64,000 nucleotides of DNA from Bacillota bacterium (lineage in GTDB: Bacteria; Bacillota; Clostridia; Peptostreptococcales; Anaerovoracaceae), in the NCBI GenBank assembly GCA_052034085.1, contig JBPOJA010000026.1:414-64413 (forward strand), in the 5' to 3' direction. This document shows positions 9,063 to 19,719 of this stretch, one piece after another (positions within the stretch are counted from its first letter, which is position 1; every line of letters begins with the position of its first letter). Below the pieces are notes generated by a model, which was given only the letters and a program-made list of their open reading frames with translations, was not told the DNA's origin and searched no databases. The position numbers were made by a program, and so were the translations under genes.

Positions 9063-10379
9063 TTATTTAATCATTGAATTCGGCAGATACAACGCTATCT
9101 GAGGGAAGATTATACATAATATCAGCGCAAGTATCTGCAACATAACGAATGGTATTACTGATCTATAAATATCGCCTATAACAATTCCTTTTGGCACAAT
9201 GCTCTTTAGGAAGAACAGGTTGAAACCAAAGGGCGGCGTCAGATAAGCCATCTGAAGGTTCAGCATGAATATCAGAGAAAACCAGATTGGGTCAAAGTCC
9301 AGTGCCTTGATGATAGGCAGATATAAAGGCGCAGTAAGGGTAATAATCGCATAGTCGTCCATTAGCATACCTAAAATAAAATTCAGTAAAAGTATACATG
9401 TAATAAACGCCCATCTGCCTCCAGGCAGTGCCAATGCTACTCTGTTAAGGACTGTATATGCCCCCATGTAATTATATACTACATTGAAAACTGATGCAGC
9501 GACCAGTATCCACAGAACCATGGCAGTAAGAGCCAACGTGCGCTTCACAAGATCCGACAGCAAAAATAAAGTTAATTTACGCTTTGCAAGGGCAATAAGC
9601 AGTGAGCCTAAAGCCCCAACTGCAGCCGCTTCGGTAGGTGTTGCTGCTCCTGTATAGATTGAACCGAGTACAACGACAATAAGTATTACCGGCCCGATTA
9701 ATGCTTTGACGGATTTCATTTTTTCCGGCCACGTTGCACGTTCTTCCAAAGGAATTGCAGGTCCCAGATTTGGATTGATATAGCATCTTATACCTATGTA
9801 CACAATATATATGCCTGCACATAGCAATCCCGGCAACACGCCAGCATAAAACAGTTTTCCGACTGAAATAGAGCCAAATTGCGCAATTATAATCATTGGA
9901 ATACTGGGTGGAATAATAATGCCCAAAACACCGCCGGCCGCTATGCAACCCAAAGCAAGCTTTTTGTCATAGCCTCTTTTTAACATCGAAGGAAGTGCAA
10001 TAAGACCCATCGTTATGGTTGCAGGCCCGCTCCCGCCGCTCATGGCTCCAAAAATTGCACAAATTATGACAGTGCCCATCGCCAGTCCACCTCGCAGGCC
10101 ACCCATCCATCTATAGAGCATCTCATATAAATCATCGGCTATGCCGGATCGCTGAAGGCAATTTGCCATAAGTAAAAACATGGCAATAGCCAAATAAGTT
10201 TCAGTCGTAAAAGTAGAGAATGCGCTGTTAGCCAAGACAAAAGTGCCGTCAATTCCCCAAATAAACAGTATCGCTACTGTAGCTACTCCTCCTAGGGCAA
10301 AAACTACGGGTTGTCCTAAGAACAGGAATATAATCATAATTCCAATTAAAACTGCAAAACTCCAGGCAGGAAATGTCAT
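9063..10379 (-). CDS. TRAP transporter large permease (DctM family)
   Basis: 438 aa polytopic membrane protein with DctM-like sequence throughout. It lies adjacent to DctQ and DctP genes. Confidence 0.9.
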   Translation of the reverse strand: MTFPAWSFAVLIGIMIIFLFLGQPVVFALGGVATVAILFIWGIDGTFVLANSAFSTFTTETYLAIAMFLLMANCLQRSGIADDLYEMLYRWMGGLRGGLAMGTVIICAIFGAMSGGSGPATITMGLIALPSMLKRGYDKKLALGCIAAGGVLGIIIPPSIPMIIIAQFGSISVGKLFYAGVLPGLLCAGIYIVYIGIRCYINPNLGPAIPLEERATWPEKMKSVKALIGPVILIVVVLGSIYTGAATPTEAAAVGALGSLLIALAKRKLTLFLLSDLVKRTLALTAMVLWILVAASVFNVVYNYMGAYTVLNRVALALPGGRWAFITCILLLNFILGMLMDDYAIITLTAPLYLPIIKALDFDPIWFSLIFMLNLQMAYLTPPFGFNLFFLKSIVPKGIVIGDIYRSVIPFVMLQILALILCIIFPQIALYLPNSMIK

Positions 10380-10396
10380 ATTATTTCTCCTTTCTC

Positions 10397-10927
10397 TTAA
10401 TAACCCATAGTCCGCACATTTTCGGACTCACCCGTAATAAGTACTATTATATCGTGTATAAGCTTGGAAATACCTTGTATAAAACACATGAACACACCAA
10501 AAGCAATTAGTGTTTTGATTGGATATAATATTGGTGCCAGCACCGAAGTAGATCTCTCACGAAAAGCCCAGGATATTTTTGCCATATCAACCATGTTATA
10601 TACTAAAAGTCCAACAAAAATAAAGAATAATATCGAAGTGAAGATGTCAACAATTGCCCTGGTTCGGACAGACCACCGTTCCCAGAAAACATCAACTTGT
10701 ACATGGCAATTATACAGCATTGCATAACCGCCGCCCATGCATCCCACCAAAGCCAATAATTGCCGGGCAATATCCTGCGCCCAAATTGTCGGGCTGTTAA
10801 AGAAATATCTGGAAACAACTTCGAAAGAGAGAACTCCGCAAATTACCAGCAAGGTCCATTTAAAGATTCTTCCGACCCAGTCATTTGCCGTATCAATAAA
10901 ATGTCTGATCTTTCTTAAGGTATTCAA
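10397..10927 (-). CDS. TRAP transporter small permease (DctQ family)
   Basis: 176 aa with 4 TM segments. It sits between the DctP and DctM genes. Confidence 0.8.
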   Translation of the reverse strand: MNTLRKIRHFIDTANDWVGRIFKWTLLVICGVLSFEVVSRYFFNSPTIWAQDIARQLLALVGCMGGGYAMLYNCHVQVDVFWERWSVRTRAIVDIFTSILFFIFVGLLVYNMVDMAKISWAFRERSTSVLAPILYPIKTLIAFGVFMCFIQGISKLIHDIIVLITGESENVRTMGY

Positions 10928-10950
10928 AAATTTTCACCACCTTTGTTTTT

Positions 10951-10989
10951 ATTATGCACATGGGAAGATTATCTCCCCATGTGCATAAT
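10951..10989 (-). promoter_or_regulatory. Intra-operon stem-loop after the TRAP binding-protein gene
   Basis: ATTATGCACATGGG-N11-CCCATGTGCATAAT, a 14-bp perfect stem in the 73-nt dctP-dctQ spacer. Confidence 0.5.
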
Positions 10990-11000
10990 AATTGGATCCT

Positions 11001-12056
11001 TTATTTGCTTTCCACCCACTTGAGTATAATATCATAGCCCGGCCCGGCTGCCGGATATTCTTTTCTGCACCTTTCAATGACAGCATCTGCCGCATCATAG
11101 AAAGGCTGTAAATTTTCTTCAGGAATCTCTGATATTTGAGTTCCATAATCTAACCCGGCTTCAATAGCACTTTTATCAAACGAAATGGATGCCTCGTAAA
11201 TGTCCATAAATATGTCCTGCATAGTTTTATTCACAATATCTTGAACTTCTTTTGGCAAAGCATTCCATGATTTCATGCTGATGCTCAGGTTAACCGGGGC
11301 GCTGCCACCAACTGCCGGTGTCACTAAATATTTAGTAACTTCCATCAGCTTTGAAGTCTCAAGTTCACATACGGTATAAATATTACCATCAATAGTTCCT
11401 AATCTCATTCCCATGTAGATATCTCCGCCTGACATTACAACAGGAGATCCGCCCAGCTCTTCAATGAACATTCCATAGGTCGTGGATGCTCTGATTTTCT
11501 TGCCTACAAAATCGCTTGCTTTGGTTACAGGGAAGTTGGTCATTATCATATATGCTCCGTTTGGCACATACATCCCAAAATAGATATCTGATTTTGCATA
11601 CTCATCCCGAATGAAATCCAGGAGTCCTGCATTGTAATAGGTGTCATATACATCCTGTCCATCCTGCCATAAGAATGGTACTCCTTGTTCCGCATATGCT
11701 GCCGGGATTAAGCCTGCAGTATGGTTCGGTGCAGTCAGCGCAGCATCCAGCAGGCCTTTTGAAAGCATTGTGGGCGCTTCATCCGGTTCACAAATTGCTC
11801 CGGGCTGAAACAATTCAAACTTGATCAATCCATCGGTAGCCTCAGTTATAGCTTTTGTTATCATCGGCATTTGAACATCCCAACATTGGTCTCCCGGTGG
11901 GTATGAGCTTTGAATTCTCCATGTTACTCCTTCAAATTCGGCAACATCTCCGCCACCACCACCGTTATCACCGCCGCCGCCGGTGCCACCGCCGCCACAT
12001 GCTGTTAAAGCAACAATCAGCATTGCAATCAGCAAAAACGATAATAATTTCTTCAT
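11001..12056 (-). CDS. TRAP transporter substrate-binding lipoprotein (DctP family), ligand unknown
   Basis: 351 aa. It has a lipobox (LTAC) followed by a Gly-rich linker (GGGGTGGGGDNGGGGGD) and then a DctP-like periplasmic binding fold sequence. Confidence 0.8.
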   Translation of the reverse strand: MKKLLSFLLIAMLIVALTACGGGGTGGGGDNGGGGGDVAEFEGVTWRIQSSYPPGDQCWDVQMPMITKAITEATDGLIKFELFQPGAICEPDEAPTMLSKGLLDAALTAPNHTAGLIPAAYAEQGVPFLWQDGQDVYDTYYNAGLLDFIRDEYAKSDIYFGMYVPNGAYMIMTNFPVTKASDFVGKKIRASTTYGMFIEELGGSPVVMSGGDIYMGMRLGTIDGNIYTVCELETSKLMEVTKYLVTPAVGGSAPVNLSISMKSWNALPKEVQDIVNKTMQDIFMDIYEASISFDKSAIEAGLDYGTQISEIPEENLQPFYDAADAVIERCRKEYPAAGPGYDIILKWVESK

Positions 12057-12127
12057 TTGTTCTCCTCCTTTTTATTTAGAGTACAATTATCAGCTTCTTT
12101 TTTAAAAGCTGTTGCGAATAAATCCAA

Positions 12128-13288
12128 TTACTCAAATGCTTCTTCCAGTATTTCCAGTACGTCATCAGATGTAATCTTCACAGGATTCAATGCGAGCAAT
12201 CTGTAGGCCATTGTTCCCTCCACCAAATCGGGGAACATTTCCCTGGTTATCCCTACTTCTTTTAGTTTCATGGGTATGCCGGCATCTTCCGCCAGCTTAA
12301 AAACAATTTCTGATGATTTTGCGGCAATTTCCTCTTCAGCCAATCCGCTTTCGTCCACTCCCAGGGCTATGGCAATATCCTTAAATTTCCTGATATTGCC
12401 CTTTATATTTTTCTTCATAGCATACGGTAAAATCAGGCTGTTGGCAACCCCATGGGGAACGTCTGCCACTGCTCCCATTGTTTGTGCTATGCCATGAACG
12501 ACACCCAGGCCACCATTCATAAAGGCTACTCCGGCAATAGAGCTTGCCAGAGCCATCTTTCCCCTTGCCTCGAGATCTGCCCTGTCATTTATGGCTTTGA
12601 TCAAATTTTCACCTATTAATTTGATGGCATATAGCCCCATCATGTCACTCAGAGGTCCCGCATTCAACGAAACATATGATTCTATTGCATGGGTTAATGC
12701 GTCCATACCGGTGGTTCCCGTGACGAACTTCGGCATATCTACATGCAATTTGGGATCAATTACAGCTAGTGCCGGGAACAGATAATCATGGGTGACGGAG
12801 ACTTTTACACCCCTGGCTTCGTCATTCACAACCGATACCGGTGTCATTTCACTGCCACTGCCGGCTGTGGTCGGCACGCATATTAAAGGCATTGTAGGAT
12901 TGGTCACTGTCTTGCTACCCCCGAAAAGATAGTCGGCAATCGACCCATCATGAGTCTGCATCAGACACATTGCCTTAGCCGCATCTATTCTGCTGCCGCC
13001 TCCGACTGCCAGAACTGCGTCGGCATTGCTGGCCTTAAGGACTGCTGAAGCTTCATCAATCTGGTTAACAGAAGGCTCTGCCGCCAAATTGCTGTAAACC
13101 TCATAATCCATGCCGGCATTTTCAAGGGATTTTTTTATCTGCAAAACACCTTCGGTTTTACCTACTGTCGGGCCTGTTACAATAAAAATCTTTTTGTATC
13201 CCATACTCTTCAATGTGTCCCCGATTTTCTCCGCAGCACCGGTTCCGTACATTATCCTTGTAGGCATTTTAAACATAAAATCTTTCAT
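12128..13288 (-). CDS. Iron-containing alcohol dehydrogenase (4-hydroxybutyrate dehydrogenase-like)
   Basis: 386 aa with Fe-ADH motifs (AVGGGSRIDAAKAM, metal His cluster DALTHAIE, VHG). Confidence 0.9.
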   Translation of the reverse strand: MKDFMFKMPTRIMYGTGAAEKIGDTLKSMGYKKIFIVTGPTVGKTEGVLQIKKSLENAGMDYEVYSNLAAEPSVNQIDEASAVLKASNADAVLAVGGGSRIDAAKAMCLMQTHDGSIADYLFGGSKTVTNPTMPLICVPTTAGSGSEMTPVSVVNDEARGVKVSVTHDYLFPALAVIDPKLHVDMPKFVTGTTGMDALTHAIESYVSLNAGPLSDMMGLYAIKLIGENLIKAINDRADLEARGKMALASSIAGVAFMNGGLGVVHGIAQTMGAVADVPHGVANSLILPYAMKKNIKGNIRKFKDIAIALGVDESGLAEEEIAAKSSEIVFKLAEDAGIPMKLKEVGITREMFPDLVEGTMAYRLLALNPVKITSDDVLEILEEAFE

Positions 13289-13318
13289 AATCTTTCTCCC
13301 ATTCGGCTGAAATATGCA

Positions 13319-14593
13319 TTATAGAGATGCGAGAGCTTCTTCGAATATGGCAAGTCCTTTGTCCAGATCTTCTCTCGAAATATTCAGGGGTGTTGCAAAT
13401 CTGAATCCGTTTCCGTATACTCCGCATCCCAGAATCAGCATATTCTTTTTGAGGCAAAATTCTTTAACTTTGTTGAAAGCATCTGCATTCGGAGAGTTGT
13501 CTTCCGGATTGACAAACTCAGCGGCAACCATCAGACCCAGGCCCCTTACGTCGCCAATTACGGGATATTTCTCCTTAAGCTCAAATAATCTTCCTTTCAG
13601 GTATGAGCCCTGAGTATTGACGTTGTCCAGTATGTTTTCCTTTTCAAAGAGCTCCAGAATTTTCAGTGCGACTGCTGTGCATACCGGGTGACCTCCGAAA
13701 GTTGTTCCATGCATACCCGGTTCCCATTTGTCCATAATTTCTTTTCTGCTTGCAATGCATGACATGGGAAGTCCTCCGGCAATGGCTTTGCCCATGGTCA
13801 TTATATCAGGAACTATGCCGAAATGCTCACTGGCAAACATTTTGCCTGTTCTTCCGAAGCCTGACTGGATTTCGTCAAAAATGAGGAGTATGCCGTGTTT
13901 CTTCAGCAATTCACTCAGCTTTTCAACATACTTCTTCGGCGGGACGACATATCCGCCTTCACCCATGAGCGGTTCCATTATGACTGCCGCCACATTTTCG
14001 GGTGCTATCAGGTAATCAAATGTCCATTGCAGTTCCCTTAAGCATTCCAGGCTGCAGGTTTCGCAGGTTGTGTTGTAGGGACATCTGAAGCAGTTGGGAT
14101 AGGGAACAAAATATACTGACGGAAGAAGCGGCTCAATGTTTTTCCTGTACTTTGAGTTTGAGCCTGTAATGGATGCTGCTCCCAGTGACCGTCCGTGAAA
14201 CGATCCCCGCATGGAGATTATTCCCGGTCTTCCTGTGAAGTTGCGGGCCAGTTTTAAAGCTCCGTCGTTGGCCTCTGCGCCGCCGTTGCTGAAGAAAAAC
14301 ACATCCAGGTCACCGGGTGTGACTTCTGCCAGTTTTTCCGCATATTTTAATGTGCTGGGATAGTTGACCAAATTAAATGATGCAGTGATAAGTTTTCCTG
14401 CCTGCTCCTGCAGGGCTTTGACTATTTCCGGATGACAATGGCCGAAAGCATTTACTGCAATGCCCTGAACGAAATCCAGATATCTGACTCCGTTCACATC
14501 TTCCACATAGCATCCTTCGCCTTTTTCAATAATTAAATCTGTCGCTTTTGCTAAAGCCGGGCTAAGATACTGTTTGTACTCTTCAAATTTCAT
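13319..14593 (-). CDS. Class-III (omega) aminotransferase, GabT/ArgD-like
   Basis: 424 aa. It carries the motifs SNGGAEANDGALKLAR, IFDEIQSGFGRTGKMFA and TMGKAIAGG (PLP lysine). Confidence 0.9.
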   Translation of the reverse strand: MKFEEYKQYLSPALAKATDLIIEKGEGCYVEDVNGVRYLDFVQGIAVNAFGHCHPEIVKALQEQAGKLITASFNLVNYPSTLKYAEKLAEVTPGDLDVFFFSNGGAEANDGALKLARNFTGRPGIISMRGSFHGRSLGAASITGSNSKYRKNIEPLLPSVYFVPYPNCFRCPYNTTCETCSLECLRELQWTFDYLIAPENVAAVIMEPLMGEGGYVVPPKKYVEKLSELLKKHGILLIFDEIQSGFGRTGKMFASEHFGIVPDIMTMGKAIAGGLPMSCIASRKEIMDKWEPGMHGTTFGGHPVCTAVALKILELFEKENILDNVNTQGSYLKGRLFELKEKYPVIGDVRGLGLMVAAEFVNPEDNSPNADAFNKVKEFCLKKNMLILGCGVYGNGFRFATPLNISREDLDKGLAIFEEALASL

Positions 14594-14639
14594 GTTACCC
14601 CTCCTGTATTAAAAATTTAAAATAACTGATGCCTTTGCG

Positions 14640-16016
14640 TTAATAAGAAATCTTGCTTGTATTGCACCATATACCCATGCGCTCTGCCTCTTTTATCAGG
14701 TCTTCCCTGAAATCGGGATGTGCTATGTTGATTAAGAGTTCGGTTCTTTCCCATGTTGATTTTCCTTTGAAATTGGCCGTGCCGTATTCGGTTACCAGAT
14801 TATGTATGGCTGCTCTTGGCACCGTCACGATTGACCCTTCCGGCAGTCTGGGAACAATCAGGGACTCTTTGCTTCCGTCTTTTTTCGCCCTTGTGGAAGG
14901 CAGGCACAGGAAGCTTTGTCCGCCTTTTGACTTGAAAGCGCCCATAACGAAGTCCAATTGTCCTCCGTTGCCGCCAATATGCTGCCATACGGCGGATTCT
15001 GAATTGACTTGACAGAAAAGATCGATTTGCAGGCAGCTGTTGATTGAAACCACTTTGTCATTTTCTGCTATCACACCCAAATCATTGACCCATTCCACCG
15101 GGGCACAATGACAGATCGGATTTCCGTCGATGAAATCATAAAGCTCCTGGGAACCCTGTGAAAAGGTGTACACCATCTGACCTTTCATTGTATTTTTATT
15201 GCCTGTAATTTTGCCTTCCTTGTAGAGATGCAAATATGCATCAACGAACATTTCCGAATGCACACTTAAATCACCTATATCCGAATGCGCAATCATGCTG
15301 CCCACATAATTTGGTATTCCGCCTATTCCAAGCTGTAATGTGCTCCCGCTTTCTATCCTGTTGACAATTTGTCCCGCTATTGCCTTGTCAACCTCATTTG
15401 CATCTTTGGCCGTAATAATAGGCATATCTACATTGCTGCCTTCTACGACATAATCCACCTGGCCAATGTTAATTGTGGTTTTTAATCCCATGGCCTGTGG
15501 TTGCTTTTCATTGACTTCCACTATTACTGTTTTTGCCTTTTCCAGAATCCCCCAGTATTCAGCCACCTGAGGTCCCAGGTTGAAGTTTCCCCATTTGTCC
15601 ATGGGTCCAACCTGCAACATGGCAACATCTATGTCGCCTACATTCTCGGCCCAGAGCTTGGTGTTTTCCCTGAACTGCACCGGTATGTACCAGCAGCATC
15701 CATTTTTATTCATCTGCCTGTCCAAACCGCTGAAATGAGTGCTTAAATATTTGAAATGCTGCGACCCCGGGTCGGCTTCAAGAATTGCGGGGGGATCGGG
15801 ATATGCCCAGATAGTCGTGCAGACTTTTACATCCCGCAACTCTTCTGTCCTTTTGGCCAGGGCTTTGTCCAAATCAACAACCAGACCGTTAAACAGGCCA
15901 TAGTGAATACGATCACCCGATTTGATGACTTTTACCGCTTCATCTGCGGAAACACATTTTTTTCTGTATTCCGCCTCAATCCCGGAAAATTTACTGATAT
16001 TGCTTACTCTGTTCAT
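14640..16016 (-). CDS. Acetyl-CoA hydrolase/transferase family CoA-transferase (Cat2/AbfT/butyryl-CoA:acetate type)
   Basis: 458 aa. It shows the family-typical segments LQLGIGGIPN, SEMF and GGQLDF. Confidence 0.85.
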   Translation of the reverse strand: MNRVSNISKFSGIEAEYRKKCVSADEAVKVIKSGDRIHYGLFNGLVVDLDKALAKRTEELRDVKVCTTIWAYPDPPAILEADPGSQHFKYLSTHFSGLDRQMNKNGCCWYIPVQFRENTKLWAENVGDIDVAMLQVGPMDKWGNFNLGPQVAEYWGILEKAKTVIVEVNEKQPQAMGLKTTINIGQVDYVVEGSNVDMPIITAKDANEVDKAIAGQIVNRIESGSTLQLGIGGIPNYVGSMIAHSDIGDLSVHSEMFVDAYLHLYKEGKITGNKNTMKGQMVYTFSQGSQELYDFIDGNPICHCAPVEWVNDLGVIAENDKVVSINSCLQIDLFCQVNSESAVWQHIGGNGGQLDFVMGAFKSKGGQSFLCLPSTRAKKDGSKESLIVPRLPEGSIVTVPRAAIHNLVTEYGTANFKGKSTWERTELLINIAHPDFREDLIKEAERMGIWCNTSKISY

Positions 16017-16036
16017 TTTGCTTCCTCCTAATTGGA

Positions 16037-17221
16037 CTAATCATACAAAGCTTCCAGTATGACTGCAGTTCCCATTCCGCCGCCTGCGCACAGGGTTGCA
16101 AGTCCATACTTGTTGCCGCGCCTTCTCATTTCATAAAGCAGAGCTATCATTATCCTTGTGCCGGTTGCTCCGACCGGATGCCCCAAAGAAATTCCGCCGC
16201 CATTTACGTTGGTAATCTCCCTGTTTAGCCCAAGAGCTTTTTCACAGCCTATATACTGGGCGGCAAATGCTTCATTGACCTCTACCAGTTCCAGGTCTTC
16301 CAGTTTCAGTCCGGCTTTTCCCAAAGCCTTTTCAGTTGCACTGACGGGACCAAGCCCCATTATTTCCGGTTCGATGCCCGTGGTAGCAACAGATACGATT
16401 CTTGCCAATATGGGAACGCCAAGTTCCCTTGCCTTGTCCTCTGCCAGTAAAATCACACCGGAAGCGGCATCATTCATTCCGGATGCATTTCCTGCGGTAA
16501 CGGTTCCGTCATCCTTGAATGCCGGCTTCAGTTTCGCCAGGCTTTCTAACGTAACATCCCGTTTTGGATATTCATCCGTGTCATAAACCACATCACCTTT
16601 ACGGCCTTTTACGGTAACCGGGACAATTTCTTCTTTAAATTTGCCCGCATCCTGGGCTGCCACAGCTCTCTGCTGTGAGAGAAGCGCATACTCGTCCTGT
16701 TCCTCTCTGGAAATGCTGAATTTTTCCGCGATGTTTTCTGCGGTTATTCCCATACCCGGCCCGATACCGAGATTAGTCAGAGAATCCCACATGGAGTCCC
16801 TCAGTTCCATGTGACCGAACTTCTGTCCGTATCTGGCCTTAAATGCCATGTGCGGGGCTGTACTCATGCTGTCAGCCCCTCCCGCCATAATGCAGTCGGC
16901 CTCTCCTGCCCTTATCTGATAAAATCCCAGCTGTACGGAAGACATGGAAGATGTGCAGTTTCTGTGAATGGTGATGCCGGGAACGCTGGTCGGCAATCCC
17001 GCTTTTACCAGGGCCACTCTTGCCAGGTTGTTTTCCATGTAAGTCCTTTGATAGTTGCAACCCCAGATAACATCATCTATTATGGCAGGATTTATTCCAG
17101 CCCTTTCAACCAGAGATGACATTACCGGTATAGACAAATCCAGCGAAGTAATGTTCATAAACTGCCCGCCCATAGTTCCTATAGGTGTTCTGGCTGCCGA
17201 AACAATAACTACATTTCTCAC
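16037..17221 (-). CDS. Acetyl-CoA C-acetyltransferase (thiolase II)
   Basis: 394 aa. The motifs are NRNCTSSM (active-site Cys), NVNGGGISLGHPVGATG and CAGGGMG. Confidence 0.9.
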   Translation of the reverse strand: MRNVVIVSAARTPIGTMGGQFMNITSLDLSIPVMSSLVERAGINPAIIDDVIWGCNYQRTYMENNLARVALVKAGLPTSVPGITIHRNCTSSMSSVQLGFYQIRAGEADCIMAGGADSMSTAPHMAFKARYGQKFGHMELRDSMWDSLTNLGIGPGMGITAENIAEKFSISREEQDEYALLSQQRAVAAQDAGKFKEEIVPVTVKGRKGDVVYDTDEYPKRDVTLESLAKLKPAFKDDGTVTAGNASGMNDAASGVILLAEDKARELGVPILARIVSVATTGIEPEIMGLGPVSATEKALGKAGLKLEDLELVEVNEAFAAQYIGCEKALGLNREITNVNGGGISLGHPVGATGTRIMIALLYEMRRRGNKYGLATLCAGGGMGTAVILEALYD

Positions 17222-17254
17222 TTTTCTTCCCTCCTGATTTGATTCACCTTTATT

Positions 17255-18022
17255 TTATTCACCTTTATAAACCGGTTTTCTCTTTTCCACAAAAGCGCTC
17301 ATGCCTTCTTTTTGATCTTTGGTGTTGAAAAGTCCGGCCCAGTTGCTGCCTTCTATTTCCACGGCTTTTTTAACATCCGCTTCCAGCAGGCCTTCCCTTA
17401 TTGTCTTTTTTGCAATCTTCTGTGCAATGGTGGCTCCTATGGCCAGCTTTTCCGCCCAATTCATGGCATCCTCAAAGCAGGCTCCTTTTGCGCTGACTTT
17501 GTTTACAAGACCTGCTTTTTGCGCATCCTCTGCGCTGATTATGGTGCCGAGCAGAACCAGTTCCATTGCCTTGGCTTCTCCTGCAATTCGCGCCGCTCTG
17601 GCGGTTCCCCCCGCCCCGGGCATTATGCCCAGTGTTATTTCGGGAAAGCCCAATTTGGCGTCTTCATCGGCAATCCTCATATCGCAGGCCAAAGCCAGCT
17701 CAAATCCTCCGCCCAGTGCATATCCTTCAATTGCTGCTATGGTTGGAAATTCGAGATCTTCAATCTTGTTAAAAGTTTCTGAGAAGGCGAAGGCTTTGGC
17801 TTCCTCTTCATTAAAATCAAGCATGCTTTTGATATCTGCGCCCGCTGCAAAGTTTTTTTGACTGTGAATGACCAGGACCTTGACGGTTTCATCATTTTTT
17901 ATGCGCTCGATTGCCTCATCCAGTTCATCCACAAGCTCCCTGTTAAGAGCATTGTAAGCCTCCGGCCTTTGTATGCTGAGCACTGCAATGTTATTTTCGT
18001 TTCTGATGTTGATATATGACAT
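17255..18022 (-). CDS. Enoyl-CoA hydratase (crotonase family)
   Basis: 255 aa. It contains FAAGADI, GYALGGGFELALACD and PEITLGIMPGAGGT. Confidence 0.9.
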   Translation of the reverse strand: MSYINIRNENNIAVLSIQRPEAYNALNRELVDELDEAIERIKNDETVKVLVIHSQKNFAAGADIKSMLDFNEEEAKAFAFSETFNKIEDLEFPTIAAIEGYALGGGFELALACDMRIADEDAKLGFPEITLGIMPGAGGTARAARIAGEAKAMELVLLGTIISAEDAQKAGLVNKVSAKGACFEDAMNWAEKLAIGATIAQKIAKKTIREGLLEADVKKAVEIEGSNWAGLFNTKDQKEGMSAFVEKRKPVYKGE

Positions 18023-18036
18023 CTGTTTCCCCTCAA

Positions 18037-18900
18037 TTAATACTCATAGAAGCCTTTTCCGGTTTTCCTTCCATACTCGCCTCTGGCATACATTTCTGTG
18101 AGGCAGGCTGCAGGCCTGTCTTCAGGTTTTTCAGTCATCCTGAATTTTTCCATATAAACGTTATACTCCAGATCTATCCCTGTCATATCCAGAAGTTCAA
18201 GAGGTCCCATAGGATGACCCAGTCCGCCCTTTACTGCCTTGTCTATGTCTTCCACCGACGCGATTTCCATATCCACAAGATAGCAGGCCTCTCTTGTGAG
18301 AGCGCTGAAAATCCTGTTAACAATGAAGCCATAAATTTCCTTTTCAACCAGAACCGGCGTTTTGCCTATAGCCTTTGTAAATTCATAAACCGTGTTTACG
18401 GTTTCTTCAGATGAATGAGGCCCTTTTACAACTTCAACTATCTTCATTACCAAAGCCGGATTAAAAAAGTGCATATTACATACATTTTCAGGTCTTCTCA
18501 CTACGTCACAGAATCTTGAACTTACTATGTAGGAACTGTTGCTTGCGTAAATAGCATGTTCCGGCGCAAATTTGTCGGCTTCTTTCAGAACTTTTCTCTT
18601 GATTTCCAAAACATCTGCGACTGTTTCCACTATGATGTCGGCATTTTTACATGCCTCTTCAAGGCTTGTGGTGAAAGTGAGCCTGCCTTTGATTTCATCT
18701 GTTTCCGCTTGAGAAAACTTCTCTTTCGCTACTGCCTTTTCAAACCACCCGTCTGCATATTTTTGCGCCTTGTCCACTGTTTCCTGCCTTCTTGAATAAC
18801 AGACGGTTTCAAAACCATTTATGGCTATTTGCATCGCAATCTGATTTCCCATCAGACCTGCTCCCAATACTGCTGCTTTCTTAATCTCCATATTTTGCAC
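18037..18900 (-). CDS. 3-hydroxyacyl-CoA (3-hydroxybutyryl-CoA) dehydrogenase
   Basis: 287 aa. It has the NAD-binding motif VLGAGLMGNQIA and the signatures HFFNP and GFIVNR. Confidence 0.9.
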   Translation of the reverse strand: MQNMEIKKAAVLGAGLMGNQIAMQIAINGFETVCYSRRQETVDKAQKYADGWFEKAVAKEKFSQAETDEIKGRLTFTTSLEEACKNADIIVETVADVLEIKRKVLKEADKFAPEHAIYASNSSYIVSSRFCDVVRRPENVCNMHFFNPALVMKIVEVVKGPHSSEETVNTVYEFTKAIGKTPVLVEKEIYGFIVNRIFSALTREACYLVDMEIASVEDIDKAVKGGLGHPMGPLELLDMTGIDLEYNVYMEKFRMTEKPEDRPAACLTEMYARGEYGRKTGKGFYEY

Positions 18901-18923
18901 CCTTTCTCCTTTTTTAAATAATG

Positions 18924-19694
18924 CTAATTATCCATCTCTTTAGCATATATCGCTGCGCCTAACGCACCCATTGTCTGTGGGCTTTCCAACCTTACTATGT
19001 CGTAACCTGTTTCCGTTTCCAACGCTTTTATTACACTTTCGTTTAAAGCCACACCCCCCGACATTACAATCATGGGGGTTAACCCGATGCGATTGATAAG
19101 ACCTGCAACTCTTTGAGCTATCGATTTATGAGCTCCCAAAGCTACGTCTTCGATTTTCTTTCCTGCCGCCAGCTGGGAAATCATCTCAGATTCAGCAAAA
19201 ACGGTACAGGTGCTGCTGATGGTTACTCCATCCTTGCCTCTTTCCGCCATATCGGACAGCCCGTCAATGGTTGTATCCAAAACCCTGCCCATGACCTCAA
19301 GGAATCTGCCTGTGCCGGCTGCACATTTCTCGTTCATGACGAAATTTTTAACATTGCCGTTTTCATCTATCGATATGACTTTTGCATCCTGGCCTCCTAT
19401 GTCGATAATGGTCCTGGCTTCCGGAACAGTTTTGATTACTCCTTTTGCGTGGCAGCTTATTTCGGTAATCTGCTTGTCTGCCCCTTCAAAAGTCATACGT
19501 CCATAACCTGTGACCACGGTCTTTTTTATATCGTCGCGCTGAATGCCTGCCATTTTAAGTGCTTCATCTATCACTTTCTGAGGGCCTCTGCTACCTGTTC
19601 CTATATTGATTACCGCCTGCCCGGCAATATTTCCATCTTTGTCCAAAATTACTGCTTTAGAGGACGACGAGCCTATATCCAGTCCCAGATACAT
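18924..19694 (-). CDS. 2-hydroxyacyl-CoA dehydratase activase (BcrAD/BadFG ATPase, HgdC/HadI-like)
   Basis: 256 aa. It contains LGLDIGSSSSKAV, DIGGQD and the cluster-ligand context NEKCAAGTGRFLE. Confidence 0.9.
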   Translation of the reverse strand: MYLGLDIGSSSSKAVILDKDGNIAGQAVINIGTGSRGPQKVIDEALKMAGIQRDDIKKTVVTGYGRMTFEGADKQITEISCHAKGVIKTVPEARTIIDIGGQDAKVISIDENGNVKNFVMNEKCAAGTGRFLEVMGRVLDTTIDGLSDMAERGKDGVTISSTCTVFAESEMISQLAAGKKIEDVALGAHKSIAQRVAGLINRIGLTPMIVMSGGVALNESVIKALETETGYDIVRLESPQTMGALGAAIYAKEMDN

Positions 19695-19719
19695 ATAGTT
19701 TCTCCTTTTGTAAATTATT